A DNA stretch of 64,000 bases from an uncultured Pelagibacteraceae bacterium (lineage in GTDB: Bacteria; Pseudomonadota; Alphaproteobacteria; Pelagibacterales; Pelagibacteraceae). Position numbers and translations under genes: made by a program. Under the pieces are notes generated by a model, which worked only from the letters and a program-made list of their open reading frames with translations, was not told the DNA's origin and searched no databases. The stretch covers positions 9,505-73,504 of the forward strand of contig CACDUS010000006.1 in NCBI GenBank assembly GCA_902555945.1, given 5' to 3'. Below are positions 20,986 to 31,718 of this stretch, in pieces; position 1 is the stretch's first letter, and every line of letters begins with the position of its first letter.

Positions 20986-22270
20986 TTAAATGTCTCTTAA
21001 TAGATTTATTGAAATAAAGACCTCTGTCTTCAAAATTTTTAAAACTATCAAATGATGCTGCACACGGACTGAATAGTATTGTTTTATCGTTTAATTTATC
21101 TTTTTTAATTAATGAAAATATTTTTTTAATTGCTGCATCTAAATTGTAAAAGCTTTGAAATTTAATTTTTCCTTTTAATTTTTTAATAAAAAAACTTTGA
21201 TTTTTTCCAAAAATAAAAGCTTTAATATTTTTAAAATATTTTTTCTGCAAATTTAGTTTATCTTTTTTTTTATAAATGCCCCCTAATAACCAATAGATGT
21301 TAGAATAGGTTTTCAATAAAGCAATAGACGAAGAAAAGCTTGTTGATTTTGAGTCATTAATAACTGTTAGATTATTTTTTTTATAAATAACTTGTTGACG
21401 ATATTTTAAACCTTTAAAATTTTTAATAGTATCCTTTAATAAGTTTCTTTTTAAATTTAATTTTTTTGAAATCGCCAAAACAAAAGATAAATTTTCTTTA
21501 TTTGTATCTGTAAAAAAATACTTATTGTCTAGTCTTTTGATTAAAAGATCAATTTTTTTTGTATTCACTTTGATTATATTACTATTTAACTTATTAAACT
21601 TAAGTTTTTTATTAATATTATGATCGTCCTTTTTTACAAATGCAGTATTCCCTTTAATTTGATTTTTTAAAAGTTTAAATTTGGCTTCGACATACCGGTC
21701 AAAAGTCTTATGTCTTTCAATGTGGTCAGGGGATATATTTAATATAACTGAGAATTTTGATTTAAAAATTTTACTATACTCTAATTGATAAGAAGATGCT
21801 TCAATTACAAAGATTGTTTTTGGTTTCACATTTTTTATAGACAAGATGGGATTTCCAATATTTCCAACTAATTTTACATCAAATTTTTGATCTGATAAAA
21901 TCTCATATAAAAGTTTACAAGTGGTAGATTTTCCATTTGTGCCTGTTATCGTAATACAGTCATTTTTATAAAATGAATAGAACACATCAAGATCTGTGTA
22001 TATTTTAGAAAAATTTATCTTTAAGAATTTTGATAATTTACAATTTGAAATATCAATTCCTGGACTTAAAATTATTTTATCAAATTCTATTTGAAATATT
22101 TTTTTTTTACTTATAAACTTTTTGTTTATCTTTGCTTTAATATTTAAATTATCATCAAATAAATATACATCAGCTTTATCTTTTAAAAAATTGTAAGATG
22201 AAATACCGCTCTTTCCAAGACCATAAATTAATATTTTTTTACCAAAAAAAATATTTTTCAATTTTAGCAT
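20975..22270 (-). CDS. murD: UDP-MurNAc-L-Ala--D-Glu ligase
   Basis: GLGKSG, SPGI, TGTNGKSTT, EASSYQL, LNISPDHIERH, NDSKST, SPCAASFD; ATG at 22270 chosen. Confidence 0.95.
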   Translation of the reverse strand: MLKLKNIFFGKKILIYGLGKSGISSYNFLKDKADVYLFDDNLNIKAKINKKFISKKKIFQIEFDKIILSPGIDISNCKLSKFLKINFSKIYTDLDVFYSFYKNDCITITGTNGKSTTCKLLYEILSDQKFDVKLVGNIGNPILSIKNVKPKTIFVIEASSYQLEYSKIFKSKFSVILNISPDHIERHKTFDRYVEAKFKLLKNQIKGNTAFVKKDDHNINKKLKFNKLNSNIIKVNTKKIDLLIKRLDNKYFFTDTNKENLSFVLAISKKLNLKRNLLKDTIKNFKGLKYRQQVIYKKNNLTVINDSKSTSFSSSIALLKTYSNIYWLLGGIYKKKDKLNLQKKYFKNIKAFIFGKNQSFFIKKLKGKIKFQSFYNLDAAIKKIFSLIKKDKLNDKTILFSPCAASFDSFKNFEDRGLYFNKSIKRHLNGL

Positions 22271-23355
22271 TATCTTAATTTTAAAGTAGCTAAACCTATC
22301 ATGGCTAAAATAATTGAGATAATCCAAAATCTAATTACAACAGTTGATTCTGGCCATCCCTTTTTTTCAAAATGATGATGGATAGGTGCCATTTTAAAAA
22401 TTCTTTTTCCGGTGAGTTTATAAGAAATTACCTGGACCATTACTGAAACTGCTTCAAGAACAAAAAGACCTCCTGTAATAGCTAATACTATTTCATGCTT
22501 AGTTATAATTCCTACGGCTCCTAAAGAACCACCAAGTGATAATGAACCAGTGTCTCCCATAAAAATTTTTGCTGGTGGGGCATTAAACCATAAAAATCCT
22601 AAACAAGAACCTATGATGGCTCCACAAAAAATTGAAATTTCTCCAGTTCCTTGAATGTAGGGTATTTGTAAATAGTTTGAAAATACAATATTTCCAGTAA
22701 CATAACTTATAAATGCGAAACAAGTTGCAACTAAAATTACTGGAACAGTAGCTAAACCATCTAAACCATCTGTCAGATTAACTGCATTAGAGGAACCAAT
22801 AATTACAAACACTGAAAAAGGAATAAAGAACCATCCTAAATTTATTATTAAATTTTTAAAAAAAGGAAAATATAAATAATTGATTTCCTGATAATCAACT
22901 AGGTTTACAAAAAAGCTTACTCCGATAATAGCTAAAGTAATTTGTGAAATTATTTTAAACTTTGATGAAATTCCAGAAGAATTACTATATTTAATTTTTT
23001 TGTAATCATCTAAAGCACCAAGCAATCCAAAAGAAATCGCTATATATATGCAAAATAAAATATTAATATTTGTTAAATCTCCCCAACATAATACTGATAT
23101 TAAAAGTCCAAATAAGATAATCACTCCACCCATTGTTGGTGTTCCAATTTTTTTAACAATATGCTCCTCCGGTCCATCATCACGTATTGGATTTAAAATT
23201 TTTTGATTTGAAAAAAATTTAATAAAAGGGCCACCAATAATCAAAACAATAATTAAAGAAGTAAAAAATGATAAACCAGTTCTAAATGTTAGATATCTAA
23301 AAACATTTAAAAATCCAAAAGTATCTACAAAATTTAGTAAAAATTGATAGAGCAT
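22270..23355 (-). CDS. mraY: Phospho-MurNAc-pentapeptide transferase
   Basis: GTPTMGG, DDY.K, NAVNLTDGLDGL, FMGDTGS, MAPIHHHFE. Confidence 0.97.
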   Translation of the reverse strand: MLYQFLLNFVDTFGFLNVFRYLTFRTGLSFFTSLIIVLIIGGPFIKFFSNQKILNPIRDDGPEEHIVKKIGTPTMGGVIILFGLLISVLCWGDLTNINILFCIYIAISFGLLGALDDYKKIKYSNSSGISSKFKIISQITLAIIGVSFFVNLVDYQEINYLYFPFFKNLIINLGWFFIPFSVFVIIGSSNAVNLTDGLDGLATVPVILVATCFAFISYVTGNIVFSNYLQIPYIQGTGEISIFCGAIIGSCLGFLWFNAPPAKIFMGDTGSLSLGGSLGAVGIITKHEIVLAITGGLFVLEAVSVMVQVISYKLTGKRIFKMAPIHHHFEKKGWPESTVVIRFWIISIILAMIGLATLKLR

Positions 23356-26198
23356 TATTTAAGTCCTTTTATCTCTTTTACTATCTTATTGAAACCTGTC
23401 GCATTTGAGGCTTTTATCATTAAATAATCATTATTATTTAAATCATTTCTAATAAATTCAATTATTTGCAATTTATTAAATAAAATTTTACCTTTTTTAG
23501 AATTATTGATTTTTTCGAATATATTTGAAACTTTATTTCCTTTTACAAAAACTTTATCTATTCTAGTTTTATTTATAATCGGAACAATAGATTGATGAAG
23601 TTTTTTTGAGTGGCCTCCAAGCTCCAACATATCACCAAGCAAAAGATATTTTTTGGATTTTTTTTTTTCAATTTTATCATAATTCAGTATTGCAGATTTT
23701 AGTGATAAAGGATTTGAATTATAACTTTCATCAATTAAATTAATTTTTTTTTTATTTATCTTAACAACTGAAAGATCACCCCTGCCTATAGGTATTTTAA
23801 AATCTAAAAATATATTTTTTTTTAAGTTATGAATATCAATATAAATACTCATTACTGATAAAGAACCTAGAATATTATAAATATGATTTTTAAAATCATT
23901 AGAAATTAAGAAATTTTTTATTAAATTATTCTTTTTAATAGCAATTTCAAAATATTTATCTTTTTTATTAATATTTGCAAATTTAATATCTGATTTCTTA
24001 TTTTTAATTCCAAATGAAATTACTTTAAGATTCTTACTTAAAGCTTTTTCTTTGTGTAGTTTAAAAAAACTATCGTCTGCATTTAAAACAACAAAACCAT
24101 CTTGTTTTGTGTTGTCAATAATTTCTGATTTAGCGATTGCAATATCTTTGATGTTTTTAAAATTTTTAGCATGAGCATAATTAATATTAGTTATAACAGA
24201 TACATCCGGTTGAATAATTTTTGATAAATAATCTATTTCACCTTTTTTATCCATACCAACCTCTAAAACACCATAATCATCATTATGTCTTAAATTTAAA
24301 AGACTTAAAGGAACACCATATTTATTGTTAAACGATTTTGGAGATATGCTTACTTTTGAAATTTTTTTTAAAGAATTTCCCAAAAGTTCTTTAAGTGTAG
24401 TTTTTCCACAGCTTCCTGTTATAGCAATTATTTTTGTGTCAATATTTTTCCTGAAAGTTTTTGAAACATCAGTTAAAAATCTTAACGAATTATTAACTAT
24501 CATTTGTTTTCTATCAGAAAATTTTTTATTGATATTATTTGTGACTACTATTGATGCTTTTTTTTTAAAAGACTCGCCAATGTATTTATTTCCATCATTT
24601 TTTTTTCCTTTAATGGCAAAAAAAATGTCACCCTTGCTTACCTCTCGTGAATCAATTCTAGCTTTATTTATAAGGTCAACCAAAAGTGGTTTCTTATTTT
24701 CAGATAATTCATTTAATATATTCAATTTTAGATTATCTGATAAATTTGAATTTTTTCTTTTAATTGCTTCTAAAATTATTTTTTTGTCTGAAAAATAAAT
24801 TTTTTTATTCCCTATAATTTGTGTTTTTTCATGTCCCTTACCAGCTACTAACAAAATTTCACCCACTTTTAAATTTTGGATTGCTTCAAATATTGCTTTC
24901 GCTCTATTAGAAATTTCTTTAAATTTTTTTCTTATTATACCTTTTTTAATATCTCTTCTAATTTTATCAGCATTTTCAAATCTTGGATTATCATCAGTTA
25001 GGTAAATCTTATCTGAATAAACATCAGCAATTTTACCCATCTTTGATCTTTTATTCTGATCTCTATTTCCACCACATCCAAAAACTAAAGATATTTTTTT
25101 ATTTGGGAATTGTTCTTTTAAATTCAAAAGACAAGTTTTCAAAGCCTCTGGTGTATGTGCATAATCAAGAATTACTCTAGATTGATTTCTAATTCTGCCA
25201 ATTTTTTCTAACCTTCCCTTTACAGGATTAAGTTTTGAGATAACATTAAAAATATCTTTATAATCTAATTCGCTTTTATTAGCTGCAATTGCTGCCATTA
25301 ATACATTTTTAATTTGAATTCTTCCTATTAATTTTAGATTTATAATTTTTGTAAAATTGTTGAATTTAATTTTAAGTATTTGATGTTCACCATTAAAAGT
25401 ATGTGACAAAACTTTTAAATTGTCTTTATCATTATTTATTGAACTAAGTTTTAATTTTTTATTAATTGCAATTTTTTTAATTTTATTAAACTCAGATATT
25501 TTTTTATCTGTTATAGCATTACCCTTATTTATAATTAGTCTTTCAAAAAGATAAAGTTTGGCCTTTAAGTAAGCTTTAAGGTTTTTGTGATAATCTAGAT
25601 GATCTTGAGAAAAATTTGTAAATATTCCCGACCTAAATTTTAACCCATCTAATCTATTCTGATGAAGACCATGGCTTGAGGCCTCCAAAATTACATTCTC
25701 AATTTTTTGAATTTTAAGTTTATGAAGTATTTGGCTTAATAATAATGGATCAATAGTTGTATTTTTTAAATTTAAATTAAAATGTTTAGATTTAACTCCT
25801 AAAGTTCCAATCGAAGCAACTTTCCTATTATTCAAATTTAAGATTTGATAATAAAAATCAGCAATTGAAGATTTCCCATTTGTCCCAGTGACAGCGATTA
25901 AATTTTTTGGTTTTAAATTGTAAATTTTGAATGAAACTTCAGCTAATAACTTTCTTATATTCTTAGTTTGAATAAATAAAATTCCATTTTGAAATTCTTT
26001 ATTCTTATTTTCAGTAACTATGATTTTGGAACCCTTTTTGATAGCTATTTGAATAAAATTGTTACCATCAAGATTATTACCCTTTATAGCAAAAAAAATA
26101 TGATTTTTTTTTATCTTCGAACTGTTTGAAGAAATTCCTGAAAAAAAAAATTTTGAATATTCTTTTTTAATATTTGGAATATAATCTTTGAGCAGCAT
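23355..26198 (-). CDS. murEF: Fused MurE (meso-DAP ligase)-MurF (D-Ala-D-Ala ligase)
   Basis: One 947-aa ORF. MurE half: TGTNGKSS, DYAHTP, GCGGNRD, DDNPR, AGKGHE. MurF half: IDSR, TGSCGKTT, NN.YGVP, EVGM, DESYNSNP, GDMLELG, KASN. Confidence 0.95.
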   Translation of the reverse strand: MLLKDYIPNIKKEYSKFFFSGISSNSSKIKKNHIFFAIKGNNLDGNNFIQIAIKKGSKIIVTENKNKEFQNGILFIQTKNIRKLLAEVSFKIYNLKPKNLIAVTGTNGKSSIADFYYQILNLNNRKVASIGTLGVKSKHFNLNLKNTTIDPLLLSQILHKLKIQKIENVILEASSHGLHQNRLDGLKFRSGIFTNFSQDHLDYHKNLKAYLKAKLYLFERLIINKGNAITDKKISEFNKIKKIAINKKLKLSSINNDKDNLKVLSHTFNGEHQILKIKFNNFTKIINLKLIGRIQIKNVLMAAIAANKSELDYKDIFNVISKLNPVKGRLEKIGRIRNQSRVILDYAHTPEALKTCLLNLKEQFPNKKISLVFGCGGNRDQNKRSKMGKIADVYSDKIYLTDDNPRFENADKIRRDIKKGIIRKKFKEISNRAKAIFEAIQNLKVGEILLVAGKGHEKTQIIGNKKIYFSDKKIILEAIKRKNSNLSDNLKLNILNELSENKKPLLVDLINKARIDSREVSKGDIFFAIKGKKNDGNKYIGESFKKKASIVVTNNINKKFSDRKQMIVNNSLRFLTDVSKTFRKNIDTKIIAITGSCGKTTLKELLGNSLKKISKVSISPKSFNNKYGVPLSLLNLRHNDDYGVLEVGMDKKGEIDYLSKIIQPDVSVITNINYAHAKNFKNIKDIAIAKSEIIDNTKQDGFVVLNADDSFFKLHKEKALSKNLKVISFGIKNKKSDIKFANINKKDKYFEIAIKKNNLIKNFLISNDFKNHIYNILGSLSVMSIYIDIHNLKKNIFLDFKIPIGRGDLSVVKINKKKINLIDESYNSNPLSLKSAILNYDKIEKKKSKKYLLLGDMLELGGHSKKLHQSIVPIINKTRIDKVFVKGNKVSNIFEKINNSKKGKILFNKLQIIEFIRNDLNNNDYLMIKASNATGFNKIVKEIKGLK

Positions 26199-26201
26199 AT
26201 G

Positions 26202-27896
26202 TTACTCAATTTCAATAAATTTTGTGGCTAAAATAGGCCCAATTTTTTCTATAATATGTCCTGTAGTCTCCACGCTATTCCAACCAGCTGTGTTTCTTGG
26301 ACTACCTTTCAATTCAAAACCAGAGCCATCTCTATATTTATAAATATATTCATCATTAATTTTTGGCTCATCTAACATTACTGCTAAAATAAACTTTGGT
26401 TTTGTTGTTGGAAAAACTGATACAAAAGTATTTATTTTTTTATTTGAATACCCCCCATCTGAACTTTTATTAGCCGTTCCTGTTTTTCCACCAATTTCAT
26501 AACCATAAACATTTGCTAAATTAGCTGTTCCTTCCTTTGTGGTTACAATTTTTCTCAAAATAGGTAAGATTTTTTTTGAAACATTATTTCCCAAAATTTT
26601 TTCTTTTTTAATTTTTTTACTTTTTTTAATTAATATAGGATCAATGTAATATCCTCCATTAACAATAATTGAGTATGCTTTAACTATCTGAAGTAAAGTA
26701 GTTGTAATTCCATGTCCAAAAGAAGCAGTTGCAAGAGGACATTTACCCCAATTAAAATCTATTGGTTTTCCAACCTCTTCTATATCAAAATTAATCTCAT
26801 TAATTATTCCAATTTTTTTTAGGAATAATTTAAACTTTTCTACTCCTACTTTTTGCCCAATCTTAACTGATCCGATATTGCCAGATCGAATTAAAATTTG
26901 TTCAGCAGTCAAATCTGATGGTATTTTTTCATCATATTCTCTAATTGGAAATCCTGCGCAAGAAATTGATTTTGGTAAATCAGAAAATTCTGTTTGTGGT
27001 TCTATAATTTTTTGATCAACTGCCGCTGCTAAAGTAAATGTTTTAAAAACAGATCCAAATTCATAAACACCTTTAGTGGCTCTATTTATAAAATTTACAT
27101 CAGAAATTTCCTCTCTTTTATTTGGATCAAAATCAGGCAATGAAACTAGTGATAAAATTTCACCGCTGTTAACATTCATTAAAATTGCTGCACTACCCTT
27201 GGTTTTAAAAATTTTATTAAATTTTAATAATTCTTTTCTAACAAGAAACTGAATATCTTTATCAACAGTTAATTCAACTGGCTTTGAGACACTTTTCAAA
27301 TCCTCATCAAGTGATTTTTCTAATCCAGATATGCCATTATTATCATTATCAATTTGACCAATTATATGACTAAATAAATTTTTTTCTGGATAAATCCTGA
27401 TCAATTTTTCTTCAGATTGAATGGATTTATCACCAAGTTTCATAATTTTTTCATAATTTTCATTTGATATTTTTTTTTCAAAATAAAAAAATTTTTTATT
27501 TTCCAAGTCAAATTTTATTTTTTCAAAATCTTTATTTGGAAAGATGTACTTTAAGTTGAGTATTAGTTTTTTTTTATCTATAACATTTGATGTGTTTATA
27601 CCAATATTTATAGAGCTTACAGTTTTACTTAAATAGTTCCCATTTCTATCAACAATATCTGCTCTATAAAGTTCGTTGTTCAAAAATTTCGAAGTATTGT
27701 TAGTTTTTAAATTTTGATTTCGAGATCCAAGATGAATCAAATGAATTGAATAAATGATAAAAATTATGAAAAAAATAAAAAAAATAAATGAAATTCTATT
27801 AAATGTTATATTCAGGTTTGATCTACTTTTTTGATATGAAAATTTATTTTTACTTTCTTCTAAAATAATTTTTAAACTTCTACTTTTCATTAACAA
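26202..27896 (-). CDS. ftsI: Class B penicillin-binding protein FtsI (PBP3)
   Basis: RADIVDRNG, GSVFK (SxxK), SGN (SxN), KTG; position in dcw cluster. Confidence 0.93.
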   Translation of the reverse strand: MLMKSRSLKIILEESKNKFSYQKSRSNLNITFNRISFIFFIFFIIFIIYSIHLIHLGSRNQNLKTNNTSKFLNNELYRADIVDRNGNYLSKTVSSINIGINTSNVIDKKKLILNLKYIFPNKDFEKIKFDLENKKFFYFEKKISNENYEKIMKLGDKSIQSEEKLIRIYPEKNLFSHIIGQIDNDNNGISGLEKSLDEDLKSVSKPVELTVDKDIQFLVRKELLKFNKIFKTKGSAAILMNVNSGEILSLVSLPDFDPNKREEISDVNFINRATKGVYEFGSVFKTFTLAAAVDQKIIEPQTEFSDLPKSISCAGFPIREYDEKIPSDLTAEQILIRSGNIGSVKIGQKVGVEKFKLFLKKIGIINEINFDIEEVGKPIDFNWGKCPLATASFGHGITTTLLQIVKAYSIIVNGGYYIDPILIKKSKKIKKEKILGNNVSKKILPILRKIVTTKEGTANLANVYGYEIGGKTGTANKSSDGGYSNKKINTFVSVFPTTKPKFILAVMLDEPKINDEYIYKYRDGSGFELKGSPRNTAGWNSVETTGHIIEKIGPILATKFIEIE

Positions 27897-28188
27897 AATA
27901 AAATTGGTTAACTTCTATGTTATCTAAATTCTTGTTGATTATTCCCATTTTCTCAATATTTTGTTCAGATAATTCTTTATCAAAATATAAATTTTGTAAT
28001 TCCAATAATCTTTCAGCAGAGCTTAAAAAGTCATATTCTAATTTTGTATTTTCAAAATCTTTTTTTAAACTTCTTATATTTTCTTTTATTGTAAAAATAT
28101 CATCGTCAATTCTTTTTGTTGAATTTTTAATTATTGCTGTTGAAAAGATTAAAAATATAATTAATGAAATTACAAAAAATTTTTTCAT
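27880..28188 (-). CDS. ftsL: FtsL-like cell division protein
   Basis: Between rsmH and ftsI; N-terminal TM plus coiled coil ending [12 protein letters not shown]. Confidence 0.7.
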   Translation of the reverse strand: MKKFFVISLIIFLIFSTAIIKNSTKRIDDDIFTIKENIRSLKKDFENTKLEYDFLSSAERLLELQNLYFDKELSEQNIEKMGIINKNLDNIEVNQFYFVNEK

Positions 28189-29195
28189 AACTTATTTCCA
28201 ATATTTTCAATATCAATTAAGTTTTGAAATTTTTTTAAAATATCAGTTTCAAAGTTATAAAAATTTTTTTTTTTTATTATGTATCTTAATTTTGCTGATC
28301 TTGAAGGTAAATTTTCATTTAATTCTTTTAATGAAGGTGTAATAGGTTTTTTTTCTAACATATTAAATAAGGTTTCTGTTTCATCTATTTTTGGAACATA
28401 TCGCGAAACACTTTTGTTTTCAGACAAACTTTTAAAAAAATATTTTACTATTTTGTCTTCTAATGAGTGAAAAGTTACAACTGCCAATATTCCATCTTTT
28501 TGTAAAACTTTTGTAGCAGCAATTAATCCATGTATTAGTTCACTAATTTCATTATTTACAAAAATTCTTAATGCTTGAAAAACTTTTGTAGCATTATTTT
28601 TTTTGAAATTTTTTTTTCTTTTAGATTTTTCAATCAATTTGACTAAAGATTGTGTATCAATTTTTTTTAATTTTCTTTCTTTTGCAATACTTAATGCAAT
28701 CCTTTTTGCTTCTTTCTCTTCCCCAAAAAATTTAAAAATTTTTTCTAACTCTTTTGTCTCTAATTTATTGACAACATCTTCTGCAGAAAACTGGTTTAAG
28801 CCCATTTTCATATTTAATTTTCCAGTATCACTAAATGATAAACCTTTTTTTGGATCTTTTACTTGAGTATAAGAATAACCCAAATCAAAAACTATACCTT
28901 TTATATTTTCATTTTTAAGTTTGAGATTATCTAATTGACTAAATTTTTTATTTTTAAATATGAATCTATTTTTATATTTATCAAAAAACTTTTCAGCTAT
29001 TTTCTCACTTTCAGAATCTCTGTCTAAGGCAATAACATTGGTGTTTTTATAACTTAATATTTTTTTTGTGTAGCCACCTTGACCAAAAGTACAGTCAATA
29101 AATGTGCCACCATGTTGAGGGGAAATAATGCTAATTAATTCATTTAGCAGTACCGGATAATGTTTTGGAGCATCCGATACCATGGTGGCTTCCAT
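28185..29195 (-). CDS. rsmH: 16S rRNA m4C1402 methyltransferase
   Basis: [48 protein letters not shown]. Confidence 0.96.
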   Translation of the reverse strand: MEATMVSDAPKHYPVLLNELISIISPQHGGTFIDCTFGQGGYTKKILSYKNTNVIALDRDSESEKIAEKFFDKYKNRFIFKNKKFSQLDNLKLKNENIKGIVFDLGYSYTQVKDPKKGLSFSDTGKLNMKMGLNQFSAEDVVNKLETKELEKIFKFFGEEKEAKRIALSIAKERKLKKIDTQSLVKLIEKSKRKKNFKKNNATKVFQALRIFVNNEISELIHGLIAATKVLQKDGILAVVTFHSLEDKIVKYFFKSLSENKSVSRYVPKIDETETLFNMLEKKPITPSLKELNENLPSRSAKLRYIIKKKNFYNFETDILKKFQNLIDIENIGNKL

Positions 29196-29213
29196 TTATT
29201 TTTTCGAAGACCA

Positions 29214-30674
29214 TTAATTTTTTTGTCTTCTTAAAAATGCTGGTATTTCAAGATCATCTTCTTCATTATCACTCTCTGATGAACTAAGTAAATCATCTGA
29301 TGCAGAATCTTGATCCTGTGAATTAAACAAATCTGGCTCATTAGTATCAACTCCAAATTCTTTTAAATCACCTGAAACTTCATTTACAGGCTTTTCAGAA
29401 ATTACTTCTTGCGAAAATGATATTTCATTATCATTAGATGTATTTTCAACAATATTTTCAACTTCTTGATTTTTTAATAATTCTTCATGATATTGATTAT
29501 TAACTTCATCAATAGACTCATTATTGAAATTTTCTGTTACAACCTCATTTTCTAATTTTAAAGCATTAGCTCCATGTGATACAGGATTCGTACTTGCATT
29601 AGAAAAACTAAATGAGGTAGTTCCATTATTTGTATTGAAATCAGAATAGCCAGGATTACGATTTTGAATTCTATGAACCATATTTATAACTGATTTAGTC
29701 TCTGGTTGTTGACCATCTAAAGAAGTTGCAACAATTGAAACTCTCATTTTGCCATCTAGCTCTGGGTCAGTAATAGCACCTATAATTAGTTCGGCTTCTG
29801 GATCAACTTGATCTCTAACTTTGTTGACTGCTTCATCAACTTCAAAAAGCTTTAGATCTTTACCACCTGTTATATTCACTAATAAACCCTTTGCACCTTT
29901 AAGAGTATAATCATCAATTAATGGATTGCTAATCGCCATCTCTGCAGCTTTCATCGCTCTTCCTTCGCCTTCAGCTTCACCTGTTCCCATCATTGCTTTA
30001 CCCATTGAAGCCATAACAGACTCAACATCAGCAAAATCTAGATTTATTAATCCAGGTCTTACCATAAGGTCAGTTATACTTTGAACGCCATGCATTAAAA
30101 CATTATTTGAAAGATTAAAAGATTCTTCAAATGTAGTTTGTTCATTTGCTATTTTGAATAAGTTTTGATTAGGTATGACTATTATTGTATCTACATGTCG
30201 TCTAAGTTCTTCTAAGCCTTGGTGAGCTCTTCTCATTCTTGAAGGACCTTCATATAAAAATGGCAATGTAACTACTCCAACAGTTAGTATATTTAATTCT
30301 TTTGCAGCTCTAGCAATCACATGTGCAGCACCAGTTCCAGTTCCACCTCCCATGCCAGCAGCTATAAATACCATGTTTGCACCTTGTAAAATATTTACAA
30401 TATCATTTAACGACTCATCTGCAGCTGCTTGACCAATATCAAGTTTTGCACCAGCTCCAAGTCCTTTTGTTAAATTTAGACCAATTTGAATTTTTGATTT
30501 AGCTTTACTGTGTTTTAAATCTTGAGCGTCAGTGTTAACAGCGATAAACTCAACACCCTGCATTCCACTATCAATCATCTCATTAATTGCATTTCCACCT
30601 GCGCCACCAATTCCCATTACTAAAAGTCTTGGTTGCAATTCTTTTATCTCTGGCACTTTAAAGTTAATTGTCAT
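29214..30674 (-). CDS. ftsZ: Cell division protein FtsZ with long acidic linker
   Basis: [24 protein letters not shown]-terminal [13 protein letters not shown]. Confidence 0.98.
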   Translation of the reverse strand: MTINFKVPEIKELQPRLLVMGIGGAGGNAINEMIDSGMQGVEFIAVNTDAQDLKHSKAKSKIQIGLNLTKGLGAGAKLDIGQAAADESLNDIVNILQGANMVFIAAGMGGGTGTGAAHVIARAAKELNILTVGVVTLPFLYEGPSRMRRAHQGLEELRRHVDTIIVIPNQNLFKIANEQTTFEESFNLSNNVLMHGVQSITDLMVRPGLINLDFADVESVMASMGKAMMGTGEAEGEGRAMKAAEMAISNPLIDDYTLKGAKGLLVNITGGKDLKLFEVDEAVNKVRDQVDPEAELIIGAITDPELDGKMRVSIVATSLDGQQPETKSVINMVHRIQNRNPGYSDFNTNNGTTSFSFSNASTNPVSHGANALKLENEVVTENFNNESIDEVNNQYHEELLKNQEVENIVENTSNDNEISFSQEVISEKPVNEVSGDLKEFGVDTNEPDLFNSQDQDSASDDLLSSSESDNEEDDLEIPAFLRRQKN

Positions 30675-30688
30675 CTTATTATCCCCCG

Positions 30689-31144
30689 TTATTTGTTAAG
30701 TTGATGCTCCCATTTAAGGCTTGCACGATTTAAATTTGCTTTTTTTCTTGCATTAACCTTAAATTTTTCAAAAACTGTTGGTTCCCAAATTTGAAATGTT
30801 TTACCTTGGCCAACAAACATCATGCTATTTTTTATTTTTGCATGCTTTAATAATTTTGGTGTGAGTGAAATTCTACCTTCACTATCAAATTGTAAATTTA
30901 TACTTTCAGATAATATTGATGTTGCAAAAAAATCTCTTTTTTCTTCAAAAGGATTAAGTGAGTCAATTGTATTTGAAATTTTTTCTATTCTATCTTGAGG
31001 CCATGCTTCAATCGATTGATTGTTAAATGATGGGTAACAGATTACTCCGTTGTATCCAAGATTAGATAAGTATGACCTAAAGCTTGCAGGCACTGACACC
31101 CTCCCTTTTTTGTCTAATTTGTTTTCGTAAGTAGATAAAAACAT
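30689..31144 (-). CDS. mraZ: dcw cluster transcriptional repressor MraZ
   Basis: Two D.KGRV / DSEGRI SpoVT-AbrB repeats, GQGKTFQIW. Confidence 0.95.
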   Translation of the reverse strand: MFLSTYENKLDKKGRVSVPASFRSYLSNLGYNGVICYPSFNNQSIEAWPQDRIEKISNTIDSLNPFEEKRDFFATSILSESINLQFDSEGRISLTPKLLKHAKIKNSMMFVGQGKTFQIWEPTVFEKFKVNARKKANLNRASLKWEHQLNK

Positions 31145-31163
31145 AATTCATAAATTCCTTTAT

Positions 31164-31198
31164 TCCCAATTTATGGGAATATTTGGGATATTATGGGT
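31164..31198. promoter_or_regulatory. Putative MraZ operator
   Basis: + strand TGGGA (31174), TGGGA (31184), TGGGT (31194) at exact 10-bp period, plus inverted TCCCA at 31164. Matches the TGGGN-N5 repeats bound by E. coli MraZ. Confidence 0.8.
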
Positions 31199-31216
31199 TT
31201 TTAAGATTAGAGTCAA
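31188..31216 (-). promoter_or_regulatory. Putative sigma70 promoter of the mraZ-ftsZ-dcw operon
   Basis: Minus strand TTGACT (31216-31211), 17-bp spacer, TAATAT (31193-31188). Confidence 0.75.
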
Positions 31217-31311
31217 CAACTACTATTAACAATCAAAATATGTGAAATTTAACTAAAAAAGGAATCAAAACGTGAACATTTAAAACAGTGTGTAGATTTT
31301 AGAAAAGATTA

Positions 31312-31666
31312 GCCAGATGAACTATAAGCCGGGTTCTGTCATTAAAACTTATCATTTGTCTAGGCTTAAGATCACTCTCAAGCTCAAGCAACTAACCCTG
31401 ATGACTAGCCAAGGATGGCTTTTAGTTTTTCAACAATGTCATCTCTACTTAGTCTTGCTCCCAGTGGGGTTTTCCAGCGTTCATTGTTGCCAATAGAACC
31501 GGTGTGCTCTTACCACACCTTTTCACCCTTGCCATGTTATGGCGGTTTATTTTCTGTGGCACTATCCCTAGGGTCGCCCCCGCCAGGTATTACCTGGCAC
31601 TGTATCCTTGTAGAGTCCGGACTTTCCTCTTTAAAAATTTTTAAAGCGATAAGTCGTTCATCTGGC
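31312..31666 (-). ncRNA. rnpB: RNase P RNA (bacterial type A)
   Basis: Minus strand GAGGAAAGTCCGG near the 5' end, ACAGAACCCGGCTTAT near the 3' end, and P1 GCCAGATGAAC / GTTCATCTGGC. Lies between amidase and mraZ as usual in alphaproteobacteria. Confidence 0.96.
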
Positions 31667-31718
31667 AAATTCAATTTATAATTTAATTTATAAATTACAA
31701 GAATAATTATCCTCGAAT

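Noticed and set aside
31077-31151. Out-of-frame ATG 7 nt upstream of mraZ giving a 24-codon overlapping ORF
   Set aside because: The Shine-Dalgarno spacing is equivocal and such ATGs are frequent by chance; there is no support without ribosome profiling.
31145-31310. CtrA boxes (TTAA-N7-TTAA) upstream of the dcw cluster and in other intergenic gaps
   Set aside because: By-eye search found only N4, N5, N6, N10 or N11 spacings, with no exact match.
31415-31681. 88-aa + strand ORF in the ORF track
   Set aside because: It is the antisense of rnpB; the higher GC of the RNA gene explains the open frame.
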